A stretch of 64,000 nt of DNA from Macrostomum lignano (Eukaryota), in the NCBI GenBank assembly GCA_002269645.1, contig NIVC01002913.1, positions 24,646 to 88,645 of the forward strand, in the 5' to 3' direction. The position numbers and the translations under genes were made by a program. Positions 26,570 to 38,367 of this stretch are shown in pieces; position 1 is the first letter of the stretch; each line of letters starts with the position of its first letter. The notes under the pieces were generated by a model that was given only the letters and a program-made list of their open reading frames with translations, was not told the origin of the DNA and made no database searches.

Positions 26570-26918
26570 CTAGTTCAACACAGCTTTACTGTTTGATTCT
26601 AGGTATGCCTTTCGAAGAAATATATAATCTGGTTGAAGTTTCCAACTCGCAAATTCAATTCCGACACTTTTCAATCGATTAAGACAATTAGCTTGGCTGA
26701 GTTGAGGGAGGGGGCAGACGCAGACCGCTTTAGGGTTTGAGAGGTTGACATACAGATTGCAGCGATACAATAAACTGGGGCATCAGTTGGAGAGAAGGTT
26801 AGGCAAGAAAACTAATCGATAGCATGTACACAAGCTAATGTTAACCCTCCAATGGGTTTGCAATGTGGATACGTACATTTGAATTAAATTGATAAGATCG
26901 ACTTTAGAGTACTGTGTG

Positions 26919-27125
26919 CACCCTGGCGCACATTAAGCGACATTGTGAGGCGCATTACTGCCTATTCCGCCGACTCCCCTGAGCACACAAGCCAGTGTAC
27001 AGCGGCCCTAACTTAATTTATCGTTAGGCATGTACACTTCACTGTGCCTTGGGGTTGGGGGTTGGGCCTCAAAAGTGTTAATTGCACGAGCAGAGCCAAA
27101 CCGAGATTCTAATCAGACCACTAGG
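26919..27125 (-). mobile_element. Second dispersed SINE-like family, diverged copy
   Basis: caccctggcgcac...ccattccgccgactc(c)cctgagca...gtgtacagcggccct is shared with 43071-43313/44070-44150, 44595-44690, 46908-47095 and (inverted) 48700-48905. Confidence 0.55.
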
Positions 27126-28519
27126 CTGTACTAGCGAAGGAAGTTCTGGAAATGAACTAAAAACTAAAATTATTAAACACACAGACGCGTTGCAACTATT
27201 AATAGAACGTTGCAAACTACCGTTTGAAAGAAAAAACTACCGAAATCAGGACGAATATTCCTTTCGTGAACTCTAAATATTACGATTTTGACGTTTTGAC
27301 AAAAGATTTATTCAGAATTTTTTTATAAAATCGTAATTAGATTCACGAACGACTGAACGCAAAATTCGCATTAGCGTGTCAATTAAATGAAGATTTAAAA
27401 AATAGGACTGAATCTAATTATTCTACGACCTAATTCAAATTAATCAAATACGCTTGTAACTAGAGAAAAATCTTGTAGAATAGAAAAAAATTGATGCAGC
27501 GCAGGCCGACGGAATGTCGTGACAGAGTTAAACGGAAATGAATAAGCTTATCCGAGAATGCCGAACCAAATCAAGCAGTTTTTTCTACCTTTTCACCCAC
27601 CGTCCGAGTTGCGAATCTTTTTTGCCAACAATTTTTTTGCTTTGCAGTCGTATCGAATTAAATATTAATTGCCAATTATATTGTTTCCTACTACTCGTCA
27701 CCAGTAGGAAAGAATAGACAAAATCTAAAATTCAGCAGCCAGCGTCTTGTCAGCCAAAGACGATTGTAGTATACCAGCTTTTCTTGCGAGCTAATCGAAA
27801 TTTCTGCTGTTTGGGCTCGTTCAGCTAATTAATGACTTATGCCAGAGAACTTGCGACCTGGCTCATTCAGATAGGTCTCACGAAGAGCAAAGCCTTCGGT
27901 TTCTGCCTTGAGTCCTTAAATAAGAGAAACTTGTCAGACAAGCATTGCTATGATGTGGGCAGGGTTTATCCTTGATCCTCGGGTCTCTCTCCAAGCACAG
28001 GTAGCTCTCACGTGCACGCTCGGCTAAGCATTTGAATTACCGTTCCATTAGTAATTTCTAATTCAAGGTTTTAATTCAGCTCTAAGACGCGGAACTGTTC
28101 AGGTGGTTACAGCGTACTGGTTTCGAATCTGGTGCACTGAATCGCTGTCGGAATGTCTGCCCCAACGCTTGCGGACATGTCCGAGTCTGACATCGACATA
28201 TGCTGCCTCACACCGCCAACTGACATGCAAAACAATCGAGTGTCAAATTTCCTGGTGTTGCATTTCGCCCATATCTGGTTTCTGAATTTTGTCTTTGCTT
28301 TTTTTCTTTGGAATAATTCATTTCATAATTTCGCCTCAAGGCATGAAAATCAAAATAATCAGTAAAGGGCTTGCAGAAGCATTTTTTGTTTAGTCCATTC
28401 TGCCTATCGGTTCCACACCAAATCATGGGCTGCTTTCTTGAGATCAAGATTTCATGAGCTCCAAGTATCGTCGAGAAGTCACTTTCAGGATTACAAGAAG
28501 TTTCGAGCGTGCACAACAC

Positions 28520-29455
28520 AAGTAGAAGGCCGGACACTGCACTCGCAAACCGTGCAGATTTGGCTTAGGGATTGCAATCCCGGGATCTCGAAATCACGTT
28601 ATTATTTTTTCAAAAAGTTTTATAATATGAACATAATTGGGCCCACAGCTAGTTCATTATACTGCGCTAATTTTCGTTAATTGCCTCACGTAGCGTGGCG
28701 CCTTTTTTAAACCCCGCATCACAGATTTAAATGTCAAATTTATTCCAATGTAAATTTGATATTTGATTTGCTTCTTAACTACTAATTAGTACTTTTTATA
28801 CTACTTATTAACTTACTTAAATACGTCACAAGATAATGCTGTTTTTCATCTGCAAAAAGATAACTATCTCTATAACAATCGAAAATGAAAGCAAAAATAC
28901 GTTTAGCGCATATTTTGCCATTTTGTCTTGAAATTTCAACCCAGAAGCTTAAAAATCTGTATTTTTCTGATCACGGGATCGCGAAAAACCGGGATTTTGC
29001 AATCCCTAATTTCACTGCGAAATGCACTGGCGAGATGGGAAGTTTTCAGTTTTTCAGCACTGAATTCCCAATATCTCACCTGCTAGACTTCCGAATTGCA
29101 ACAGCCAGCAGGTGTTTTTTGTCAAATATTTGCATATTGCACAGCGCTGACTGGGGTTTGGCCATAGACAAATCCGTCCAGACAAAACACTGCAGAGACA
29201 GGAGCGGCTGCAATCTCGCCGCAACTTTGCTTGCTTGCCGGTCTCCGGCAGCAGTTCATGAAAAAAGCAGCTTGATAAACTTGTGAGCGCAGCTCGGACA
29301 AAACACCTGCTGGCTGCATTTGCAATTCGGAAGTCCAGCAGGTGAGATGTTAGGAATTCAGTGCTGAATAACTGGAAACTTCCCATCTCGCCAGTGCATT
29401 TCGCAGCGAAATCTGCACGATCTGCAAGTGCAGCGGCCCTCTGCTTTAGCTGTCC
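28520..29455. mobile_element. Foldback/long-TIR element, copy B (left arm interrupted by MITE 28566-29008)
   Basis: Left arm 28520-28565 plus 29009-29113 is the reverse complement of right arm 29297-29455. Related to 822-1200. Confidence 0.78.
28566..29008. mobile_element. Non-autonomous hAT-type MITE, 443 bp
   Basis: 12-bp TIRs TAGGGATTGCAA/TTGCAATCCCTA. Flanks ATTTGGCT and ATTTCACT both derive from the empty-site ATTTCGCT seen in copy A (~873-880), giving an 8-bp TSD. Confidence 0.85.
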
Positions 29456-30213
29456 ATGACTTCAACCTTGTAAAACTTCGAGCATATGAAATGTCCCCCA
29501 ACTCATGACCTAATTTTGGTTTAGTAGTCCACGAATAAATTAAGAATATTTGAATAACAAAAATCAGCTGATTGTTAAGCATTATGATTCTATTTATAAT
29601 ATAAGTGGGCAAACGAAGGCAGACATGTACAATGGCATCAAAATAATTGTTGTTTTTAATGAAAGAAAAGTTCAGAAGAGCCTATTTACACCACCACTAT
29701 ACTCGGCAACAGTCAAAGTGAGCACCCCTAGCGATAGGGGCGACTTTTGCGGCTCGAAAGAGAGGGAAATTCATGCCCTCGATAGGGTGCTTGCCTGATT
29801 TGAACTGAGAGTTGAGAAGTAGCCTCACGCTAAAGATTATGCTATTTACTGTTGTCCTAGCAAAACGATAAATATACGTTCCTTACCGGCCTTTATAAGA
29901 AAACCTGTTGCGCCTTTCTTCTCCAGTTTCGGATTGCAACAAGCATAAAATTCAAAAAAAGCATTTTTTGCTTCTGACTTCTTTGGCTGAGCAAAAATAA
30001 CTCAGATGAATACGAGGTGTTGCTCGCAGCATACTACTCAGCGTTACGACCTTAGCAGTAGAAGGATGCGAATATTTCTTCATAATTGAACAATGCCCAA
30101 CCAGACGGTATCTACAGGATCGCAAAGCAATTATTTGGATCGGACAGATCAAATTTGGGGAGGAAGTTTGAAAACCGACGGGATCGCAAAATCCAGCTGC
30201 CGTGGCGTGCCGT

Positions 30214-31020
30214 TTTGAAGAGAGGAGAGGAGAGCAGAGGAGGAGAGGAGAGGAGAGAAGAGGAGAGGAGAGGAGAGGAGAGGAGAGGAGGAGAGGAGAG
30301 GAGAGGAGAGGAGAGGAGAGGAGAGTAGAAGAGGAGGAGAGGAGAGGAGAGGAGAGGAGAGGAGAGGAGGAGAGGAGATGAGGAGAGGAGAGGAGAGGAG
30401 AGGAGAGGAGAGGAGGAGAGCAGAGCAGAGGAGAGGAGAGGAGAGGAGAGCAGAGCAGAGGAGAGGAGAGGAGAGGAGAGGAGAGGAGAGGAGAGGAGAG
30501 CAGAGCAGAGGAGAGGAGAGGAGAGGAGAGGAGGAGAGCAGAGCAGAGGAGAGGAGAGGAGAGGAGAGGAGAGGAGAGGAGAGGAGAGGAGAGGAGAGGA
30601 GAGGAGAGGAGATGAGGAGAGGAGAGGTGAGGAGAGGAGAGGAGAGGAGAGGAGAGGAGAGGAGAGGAGGAGAGCAGAGCAGAGGAGAGGAGAGGAGAGG
30701 AGAGGAGAGCAGAGCAGAGGAGAGGAGAGGAGAGGAGAGGAGAGGAGGAGAGCAGAGCAGAGGAGAGGAGAGGAGAGGAGAGGAGAGGAGAGGTGAGGAG
30801 AGGAGAGGAGAGGAGAGGAGAGGAGAGGAGAGGAGAGGAGGAGAGCAGAGCAGAGGAGAGGAGAGGAGAGGAGAGGAGAGGAGAGGAGAGGAGAGGAGAT
30901 GAGGAGAGGAGAGGTGAGGAGAGGAGAGGAGAGGAGAGGAGAGGAGAGGAGAGGAGAGGAGAGCAGAGCAGAGCAGAGGAGAGGAGAGGAGAGAAGAGAA
31001 GAAGAGGGGAGAGGAGAGGA
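30214..31020. repeat. (GGAGA)n purine-rich pentamer satellite
   Basis: Visible directly. It produces the spurious EERRG/SPLLS ORFs. Confidence 0.97.
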
Positions 31021-31150
31021 GACGTGTGCGCGCCTTTTTTAGCCGTCCCTCTCACGGGGTCCTCTTGTGACACCGCTGTGCCACAGCCCAACCCCAATAA
31101 CTGGTGGCCATCGCAGTCTTCCATGCATTTGAGCAGCGCTCTATCTGAGC

Positions 31151-31906
31151 TCAAACATATCGCGGCGAATCCAGCCCGGTCAGCAGTCTGTACACCGCCT
31201 CCGGCATGGTTCTCAGTCGGATTTCGCCCACAGCCGAGGCCAGGGCGGCCACGATCCGGTCGTGCGGGGCGGCCGCCACCGACCGACCGTCGATCTCCAC
31301 TATCCGGTGGCCGATTCGGACGCCGCCGCGCTCGGCCACGCCGCCGCGGAGCAGGGCGCAGACGACGCCGTCGCGGACGCTGAAGCCGAGCGGCCGGCGA
31401 GGATCCAAACGCTGGATGACGGCCTCGGACACGGGCGGCCGGGGCAGTACGCGTAGTCGGACAGTAGCGGCCGAGCGGCAGGCCCGAAGCCGACGTCTGC
31501 AGGCGGCCAGCGGCAGGCCGACCAGACTGGTGCCGTCCACCGCCAGCAAAAAGTCGCCGACGCTGAGCTGTCCGGAGCGAACAGCCGGGCCGCCTGGCCG
31601 GAGGTTGGCCAGTAGAACGGACGGCAGCAGGGCGCCCCAGCCGCTATCGACAAGGGCGATGCCGAGTGCTTCGCCGCGCTCCTTATAGATTGTCACCTCT
31701 AACGGCGCGGTGTCCTCCAAGCCGTTGTTGCTGTCGTCAACCTGGTCGTTGTCGTTGTCGAAGTCGACTCTGACAGCGGAGGTGCCGCTGACGCTGTCGC
31801 CGTCGTTGCCCGGCGTCGTCTTTGGCGGCACGGCGCCGCCGCGGTGCACGAATTGCGCGTAGGCGGCGTTGAACGCGCAGCCAATGGTGTGCGCCACCTG
31901 CGAGGC
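31151..31906 (-). CDS. lin-10: Mint/X11 (APBA/lin-10) adaptor, last exon: end of PTB, PDZ1, PDZ2
   Basis: GEALGIALVDSGWGALLPSVLLANLRPGGPAVRSGQLSVGD and LGFSVRDGVVCALLRGGVAERGGVRIGHRIVEI...GEIRLRTMPEAVYRLLTG match Mint PDZ1/PDZ2. Acceptor ccgccag at 31907-31908, TGA at 31151. Confidence 0.95.
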   Translation of the reverse strand, partial: ASQVAHTIGCAFNAAYAQFVHRGGAVPPKTTPGNDGDSVSGTSAVRVDFDNDNDQVDDSNNGLEDTAPLEVTIYKERGEALGIALVDSGWGALLPSVLLANLRPGGPAVRSGQLSVGDFLLAVDGTSLVGLPLAACRRRLRACRSAATVRLRVLPRPPVSEAVIQRLDPRRPLGFSVRDGVVCALLRGGVAERGGVRIGHRIVEIDGRSVAAAPHDRIVAALASAVGEIRLRTMPEAVYRLLTGLDSPRYV

Positions 31907-32064
31907 CTGGCGGGTGTGGTGCGTGGAATTGGCGCCAATTCAAATTATTAATTTACCGCATGCACGCGGACAAGTACGTACGTGCCCAGGAAGTGAACCC
32001 AATGTACTTTAGCACTAGAATCGGACGCGGCGCCAGTGTGCTGCCCTGTCCCCTTATTGCTCAC

Positions 32065-32298
32065 CTGGTCTGTGTGGAACAGGTGGCAAACCACTTTGCA
32101 CGGGCCGGCAGTCCCTGTGGGGCAGCCGGCTCGCCTGACCATGAGCACCAGCAGGTTGTCCATGTCGGCCGTGTGAGTCACCGTCCGCAGGGCGTGGTCC
32201 ATCATGGCCAGCCTGGATGTCGGGTTCAGCACCATCAGGCGTTCGATGGACACGAATAGATCTACAGGCACACTGGGCTGCTTCTCGCCCTCTGGTGC
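32065..32298 (-). CDS. lin-10: Mint/X11 exon, PTB domain core
   Basis: APEGEKQPSVPVDLFVSIERLMVLN...MMDHALRTVTHTADMDNLLVLMVRR...VCHLF matches Mint APEGESQPMTEVDLFIS...MMDHPLRTISYIADIG. Phase 0/0 with cag| and |gtgag sites. Confidence 0.93.
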
Positions 32299-32458
32299 CT
32301 GTGGTGGCAGAGAAATTAGCGTGAAAATATTGTTGACCTTTGTAGGACTAAAAGTACTAGTAATATGCTGATTGGAAACAGCAGCGCTTCAGGCAAACTG
32401 AAGTCTTTAATCGACTGTAGCTGATGGTTGAACTAACCAATGAATCAACAACAGCAGC

Positions 32459-33638
32459 AAGGTGCTAAAACAGTCTCAAAGGTGCTAAAACAGTCCCAAA
32501 GGTGCTAAAACAGTCCCAAAGGTGCTAAAACAGTCTCAAAGGTACTAAAACAGTCCCAAAGGTGCTAAAACAGTCCCAAAGGTGCTAAAGCAGTCCCAAA
32601 GGTGCTAAAACAGTCCCAAAGGTGCTAAAACAGTCCCAAAGGTGCTAAAGCAGTCCCAAAGGTGCTAAAACAGTCCCAAAGGTGCTAAAACAGTCCCAAA
32701 GGTGCTAAAACAGTCTCAAAGGTACTAAAACAGTCCCAAAGGTGCTAAAACAGTCCCAAAGGTGCTAAAACAGTCCCAAAGGTGCTAAAACAGTCCCAAA
32801 GGAGCTAAAACAGTCTCAAAGGTGCTAAAACAGTCTCAAAAGTGCTAAAACAGTCTCAAAGGTGCTAAAACAGTCCCAAAGGTGCTAAAACAGTCCCAAA
32901 GGTCCTAAAACAGTCTCAAAGGTACTAAAACAGTCACAAAGGTGCTAAAACAGTCCCAAAGGTGCTAAAACAGTCTCAAAGGTGCTAAAACAGTCCCAAA
33001 GGTGCTAAAACAGTCTCAAAGGTGCTAAAACAGTCCCAAAGGTGCTAAAACAGTCTCAAAGGTGCTAAAACAGTCCCAAAGGTGCTAAAACAGTCTCAAA
33101 GGTGCTAAAACAGTCCCAAAGGTCCTAAAACAGTCTCAAAGGTACTAAAACAGTCTCAAAGGTGCTAAAACAGTCCCAAAGGTGCTAAAACAGTCCCAAA
33201 GGTGCTAAAACAGTCCCAAAGGAGCTAAAACAGTCTCAAAGGTGCTAAAACAGTCCCAAAGGTGCTAAAACAGTCCCAAAGGTGCTAAAACAGTCCCAAA
33301 GGAGCTAAAACAGTCTCAAAGGTGCTAAAACAGTCCCAAAGGAGCTAAAACAGTCTCAAAGGTGCTAAAACAGTCTCAAAAGTGCTAAAACAGTCTCAAA
33401 GGTGCTAAAACAGTCTCAAAGGTGCTAAAACAGTCTCAAAAGTGCTAAAACAGTCTCAAAAGTGCTAAAACAGTCTCAAAGGTGCTAAAACAGTCTCAAA
33501 GGTGCTAAAACAGTCTCAAAGGTGCTAAAACAGTCTCAAAAGTGCTAAAACAGTCTCAAAAGTGCTAAAACAGTCTCAAAGGTGCTAAAACAGTCTCAAA
33601 GGTGCTAAAACAGTCTCAAAAGTGCTAAAACAGTCTCA
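32459..33638. repeat. 20-bp minisatellite GGTGCTAAAACAGTCYCAAA, ~59 copies (Mint intron)
   Basis: Exact 20-bp period visible across lines 32461-33601. Confidence 0.97.
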
Positions 33639-33728
33639 AGGTACCGGCGGTTGATCTTCAATGCTGAACGCATCCGAACAGCAATAAACAACCATAGACT
33701 TCGCTATGTGCCTCGCTGCCCGGCTCAC

Positions 33729-33883
33729 CTTGATGCGCACGACCGCCTCCTGAGCCAGGGCCATTCGCGTTGCCCGACTCGGCCGCGCCTCCAGCGCCAG
33801 CTGCGTGGAGCCCAGGTAGGCCGCCCGGTGCAGCAGGCCGCGCAGGCGGGCCGACGGCGGCTTCTCCGGGTGCCGCATCGAGA
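33729..33883 (-). CDS. lin-10: Mint/X11 exon, start of PTB domain
   Basis: GLLHRAAYLGSTQLALEARPSRATRMALAQEAVVRIK matches Mint GIIFAANYLGSTQL...RMMQAQEAVSRIK. Acceptor ttccag (33884-33885), donor gtgag (33728). Confidence 0.9.
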
Positions 33884-35235
33884 CTGGAATGCGTTTCCAT
33901 GATAAGACGCTTCACAAGCTCGAAACTTTATGCATGTATTGTCCAAGTTTTCAAGTATTATTTATGAATTATGAATTTCGAATTATTGATGAATATTATT
34001 GATGAATTTAGAATTTAAAATTTTGCATTTTGACTTCTGATATTACACTAAAAAACTGTGCATCTATTGCTACTCACAGTAGACGAAAATATTTCTGACA
34101 AGTTTTCAGTTTCTAGGTTGATGATTCAGAAGTAGAATAGCACCATAAAAGTTTGGAAAGATATAGCCTTTTGCAGCTCATTTGGGTTTACACGCATTGA
34201 ATTTAATCCAAGATACGTTTGCCGAAGTACTGGAGCTTTTGTCTGTGGTGGCAAGGCTGGCGGCAGTTAATGGAGGCTTTGCAGGAGCCAGATGAGACCC
34301 ATGAGAATCGTGGACCTGATTCTAGACTGTCGAACGAACGACAAGGGCTTGTGATCGAATTTGTTTTTGTTAAAATTGACCAGATTGTATTTTTGACGTC
34401 ACCTTGTATTGGTGCAGTGAAAAGAGCTGAAAATTCACACGAGTTTCCAGTGCAGGCTGGCAAATTAGACGTGGTGCATGATCAGCAATACTGCGCTCCC
34501 AGGTCTATACAGAGCCAGATGTATCAATAGACGAAGCTAAGACTTCCCGAAAACATTTATATCCCATTTTTCTCCGGCAAGATAATCCCAGTCGTGGGCC
34601 GAGATCCCACTAGAAGATTAAGGGAACGTCGCACGCAACTGGGGGGGGGAGATCGGGTGTTGAGTCCTCTTTACTCATCTCCTTCTCCTCCCCCGACTCC
34701 GCTCCCAGCTGCTCAGCTGTCCCATATTATGCAGCGGCGGCAACCTCTCTCTCTCTCCTCTCCTCTCTCCAGAATCTCTCCAAGGGGGATTTTAAATTTC
34801 GGGCCGACACAGAGACAGGGATCCGGCTCTATCCCGGATGCGGAGGCCGGGGTTCGCGTGTTTTAAAGCAACGAATGGCGCACAAGTATTAAAATTGAAA
34901 ACCTGGGATGGCTGCACCTGGGGACAGCAAAAGCCTCCCTTAAGCCTCCATCTCGTGCAGCTTAGCGTCTTTTTTCCTTCTTTATAGGATTTTTCTGCCC
35001 GCCCAAAGAACCAGAGACTTTTGGGGTTGTTCCCGAAAGCTAGGCATGAAATGAGGGAGCTGAGTAAGAGTTAGTTTTTCGCCGCGGTTTTAACCACGTG
35101 GGGTGTGGGTCAAGTCAAGGGCTCCTGCACTTATCAATAAATTTAAAGTCCATTGTCAGACTTACCGTCATACTTTCATTTCTCATGCTTGCACCCTCCC
35201 CAACTTTTCACCTCGAACACGAAAACTGCTTCTGG

Positions 35236-36324
35236 CACTGTCAGTGTGTGTGCCAATCAAACTGCCAGTGTGTGTGCCAATCAAACTGCCAGTGTGTGTG
35301 TGCCAATCAAACTGCCAGTGTGTGTGCCAATCAAACTGCCAGTGTGCGTGTGCCAATCAAACTGCCAGTGTGTGTGCCAATCAAACTGCCAGTGTGTGTG
35401 CCAATCAAACTGCCAGTGTGTGTGCTAATCAAACTGCCAGTGTGTGTGCCAATCAAACTGCCAGTGTGTGTGCTAATCAAACTGCCAGTGTGTGTGCCAA
35501 TCAAACTGCCAGTGTGTGTGTGCCAATCAAACTGCCAGTGTGTGTGCCAATCAAACTGCCAGTGTGTGTGCCAATCAAACTGCCAGTGTGTGTGCCAATC
35601 AAACTGCCAGTGTGTGTGCCAATCAAACTGCCAGTGTGTGTGCCAATCAAACTGCCAGTGTGTGTGCCAATCAAACTGCCAGTGTGTGTGCCAATCAAAC
35701 TGCCAGTGTGTGTGCCAATCAAACTGCCAGTGTGTGTGCTAATCAAACTGCCAGTGTGTGTGCCAATCAAACTGCCAGTGTGTGTGTGCCAATCAAACTG
35801 CCAGTGTGTGTGCCAATCAAACTGCCAGTGTGTGTGCCAATCAAACTGCCAGTGTGTGTGCCAATCAAACTGCCAGTGTGTGTGCCAATCAAACTGCCAG
35901 TGTGTGTGCTAATCAAACTGCCAGTGTGTGTGCCAATCAAACTGCCAGTGTGTGTGTGCCAATCATACTGCCAGTGTGTGTGCCAATCAAACTGCCAGTG
36001 TGTGTGCCAATCAAACTGCCAGTGTGTGTGCCAATCAAACTGCCAGTGTGTGTGCTAATCAAACTGCCAGTGTGTGTGCCAATCATACTGCCAGTGTGTG
36101 TGCCAATCAAACTGCCAGTGTGTGTGCCAATCATACTGCCAGTGTGTGTGCCAATCATACTGCCAGTGTGTGTGCCAATAAAACTGCCAGTGTGTGTGCC
36201 AATCATACTGCCAGTGTGTGTGCCAATCATACTGCCAGTGTGTGTGCCAATCATACTGCCAGTGTGTGTGCCAATCATACTGCCAGTGTGTGTGCCAATC
36301 ATACTGCCAGTGTGTGTGTGCCAA
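35236..36324. repeat. 24-bp minisatellite GCCAATCAAACTGCCAGTGTGTGT, ~44 copies
   Basis: Visible directly, with occasional 26-bp units and a CAATCATAC variant enriched at the right end. Confidence 0.97.
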
Positions 36325-36723
36325 CCAAAAGCCTCATAGTAACAGATGAAGTTTATTCTCAACTGCAGTCAGCCTATAGCTGTCTGAACGTATATTCTGT
36401 GGTCTGAACAAGGGAAACATGCGGAAGAGCCTTGAATTTGCTGCGTAACGGCTAGGAGAAGAAGATAGAAATTGAAGAGACACGAAAAGCATTGGAAAAG
36501 AGGCTTTCTTGCGCGCAGCATCTGGTCCTTTCTCGGCCATCTGCGCACGAGCGAAATGGCCGTTGAGGGAGCCTTTTGCTGTCCGGGTCCAATTATTTCT
36601 TCGGCTATTAAAGCTGCTTGGAAATTGGCTGTCAGCTAGGAAAATAATGGAAATCTCCATTCGCTTTCAAGGAAAGGTAAAATATTTTTACTTGTCCTGC
36701 TCTGTCCAGTGCCTTGCAGTTTG

Positions 36724-38297
36724 ACAGTCTGACAGTCTGACAGTGTCTTGTAGAATCTGACAGTGTCCTGTAGAATCTGACAGTATCCTGTAGAATCTGA
36801 CAGTATCCTGTAGAATCTGACAGTGTCTTGTAGAATCTGACAGTGTCCTGTAGAATCTGACAGTATCCTGTAGAATCTGACAGTATCCTGTAGAATCTGA
36901 CAGTGTCTTGTAGAATCTGACAGTGTCCTGTAGAATCTGACAGTATCCTGTAGAATCTGACAGTATCCTGTAGAATCTGACAGTGTCTTGTAGAATCTGA
37001 CAGTGTCTTGTAGAATCTGACACTATCCTGTAGAATCTGACAGTATCCTGTAGAATCTGACAGTATCCTGTAGAATCTGACAGTGTCTTGTAGAATCTGA
37101 CAGTGTCCTGTAGAATCTGACAGTGTCTTGTAGAATCTGACAGTGTCTTTTAGAATCTGACAGTGTCATGTAGAATCTGACAGTATCCTGTAGAATCTGA
37201 CAGTGTCTTTTAGAATCTGACAGTGTCTTGTAGAATCTGACAGTGTCTTGAAGAATCTGACAGTGTCCTGTAGAATCTGACAGTGTCTTTTAGAATCTGA
37301 CAGTGTCATGTAGAATCTGACAGTATCCTGTAGAATCTGACAGTGTCTTTTAGAATCTGACAGTGTCTTGTAGAATCTGACAGTGTCTTGTAGAATCTGA
37401 CAGTGTCTTGTAGAATCTGACAGTGTCCTGTAGAATCTGACAGTATCTTGTAGAGTCTGACAGTCTCCTGTAGAGTCTGACAGTGTCATGTAGAATCTGA
37501 CAGTGTCCTGTAGAATCTGACAGTTTCTTGTAGAATCTGACAGTGTCTTGTAGAGTCTGACAGTGTCCTGTAGAGTCTGACAGTGTCCTGTAGAGTCTGA
37601 CAGTGTCTTGTAGAATCTGACAGTGACTTGTAGAATCTGACAGTGTCCTGTAGAGTCTGACAGTGTCTTGTAGAATCTGACAGTGACTATGTAGCCTAGT
37701 GGTCAGAGCGTCGGACTCACGACTTGAAGGTCGGGGGTTCGATTCCCGATCCTACTGGAACAATTTGTGTCCTTGAGCAAGACACTTAACTCTGCATTGC
37801 TTCAGTTCACCCAGCTGTAAAATGGGTGCCAGCATTAGCTGGGGTAATTGAGGGTGTGTGTGGCGACCCCCTGCAGTCCTTGGACTGAACAGCGTACTCA
37901 GCCTCAGATGCGCTGCGCAATGGCTGCGGCTGAGCTGTCGGTTGCACATCTGGCCCAATTGGGGCAGGTGTAATCAATTGTTATTATTGTTATAATTATA
38001 ATAATAATAGTATAATAGTATTAATAATATAATAGTATAATAGTATAATAGTATAATAGTATTAGTATTAATTATATTGACACCTAATTGTAGACTATAA
38101 TAATAATAGAATATTATTAATCTATTAGAATAGACACAGTATTCAGACTATACGAGCGTATTATTATAGTCTGACAGTGTCTTGTAGAATCTGACAGCAT
38201 CTTAAAGAGTCTGACAGTGTCTTGTAGAATCTGACAGCATCTTAAAGAGTCTGACAGTGTCCTGTAGAATCTGACAGCATCTTAAAGAGTCTGACAG
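36724..38297. repeat. 20-bp minisatellite CTGACAGTGTCYTGTAGAAT, interrupted by the SINE at 37689-38110
   Basis: Array 36724-37686 resumes at 38169-38297 after the SINE tail. Confidence 0.95.
37689..38110 (+). mobile_element. tRNA-derived CORE-SINE with AT-rich tail
   Basis: A box TAGCCTAGTGG and B box GGTTCGATTCC. 37766-37826 (tgtgtccttgagcaagacacttaac...cagctgtaaaatggg) aligns with the MIR CORE domain. (AAT/TATAA) tail, and a second copy at 17631-18450. Confidence 0.88.
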
Positions 38298-38367
38298 TAA
38301 CTCTAACCTGTAGAACCTGTAGATTCTACAAGAAGCAAGAGGTTCGAACCAATGAAAATCAACTCAC

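Noticed and set aside
29952-31154. 400-aa ORF (SPLLS repeats) and the EERRG ORFs on the other strand
   Set aside because: Translations of the (GGAGA)n satellite.
35098-36407. Cys-rich CQSNCQCV ORFs resembling metallothionein or keratin-associated proteins
   Set aside because: Open in several frames of a 24-bp DNA satellite, with no synonymous variation pattern.
37689-37756. tRNA-like sequence (CAC anticodon position)
   Set aside because: Acceptor and anticodon stems pair poorly and it continues into a CORE domain and AT tail, so it is a SINE head rather than a tRNA gene.
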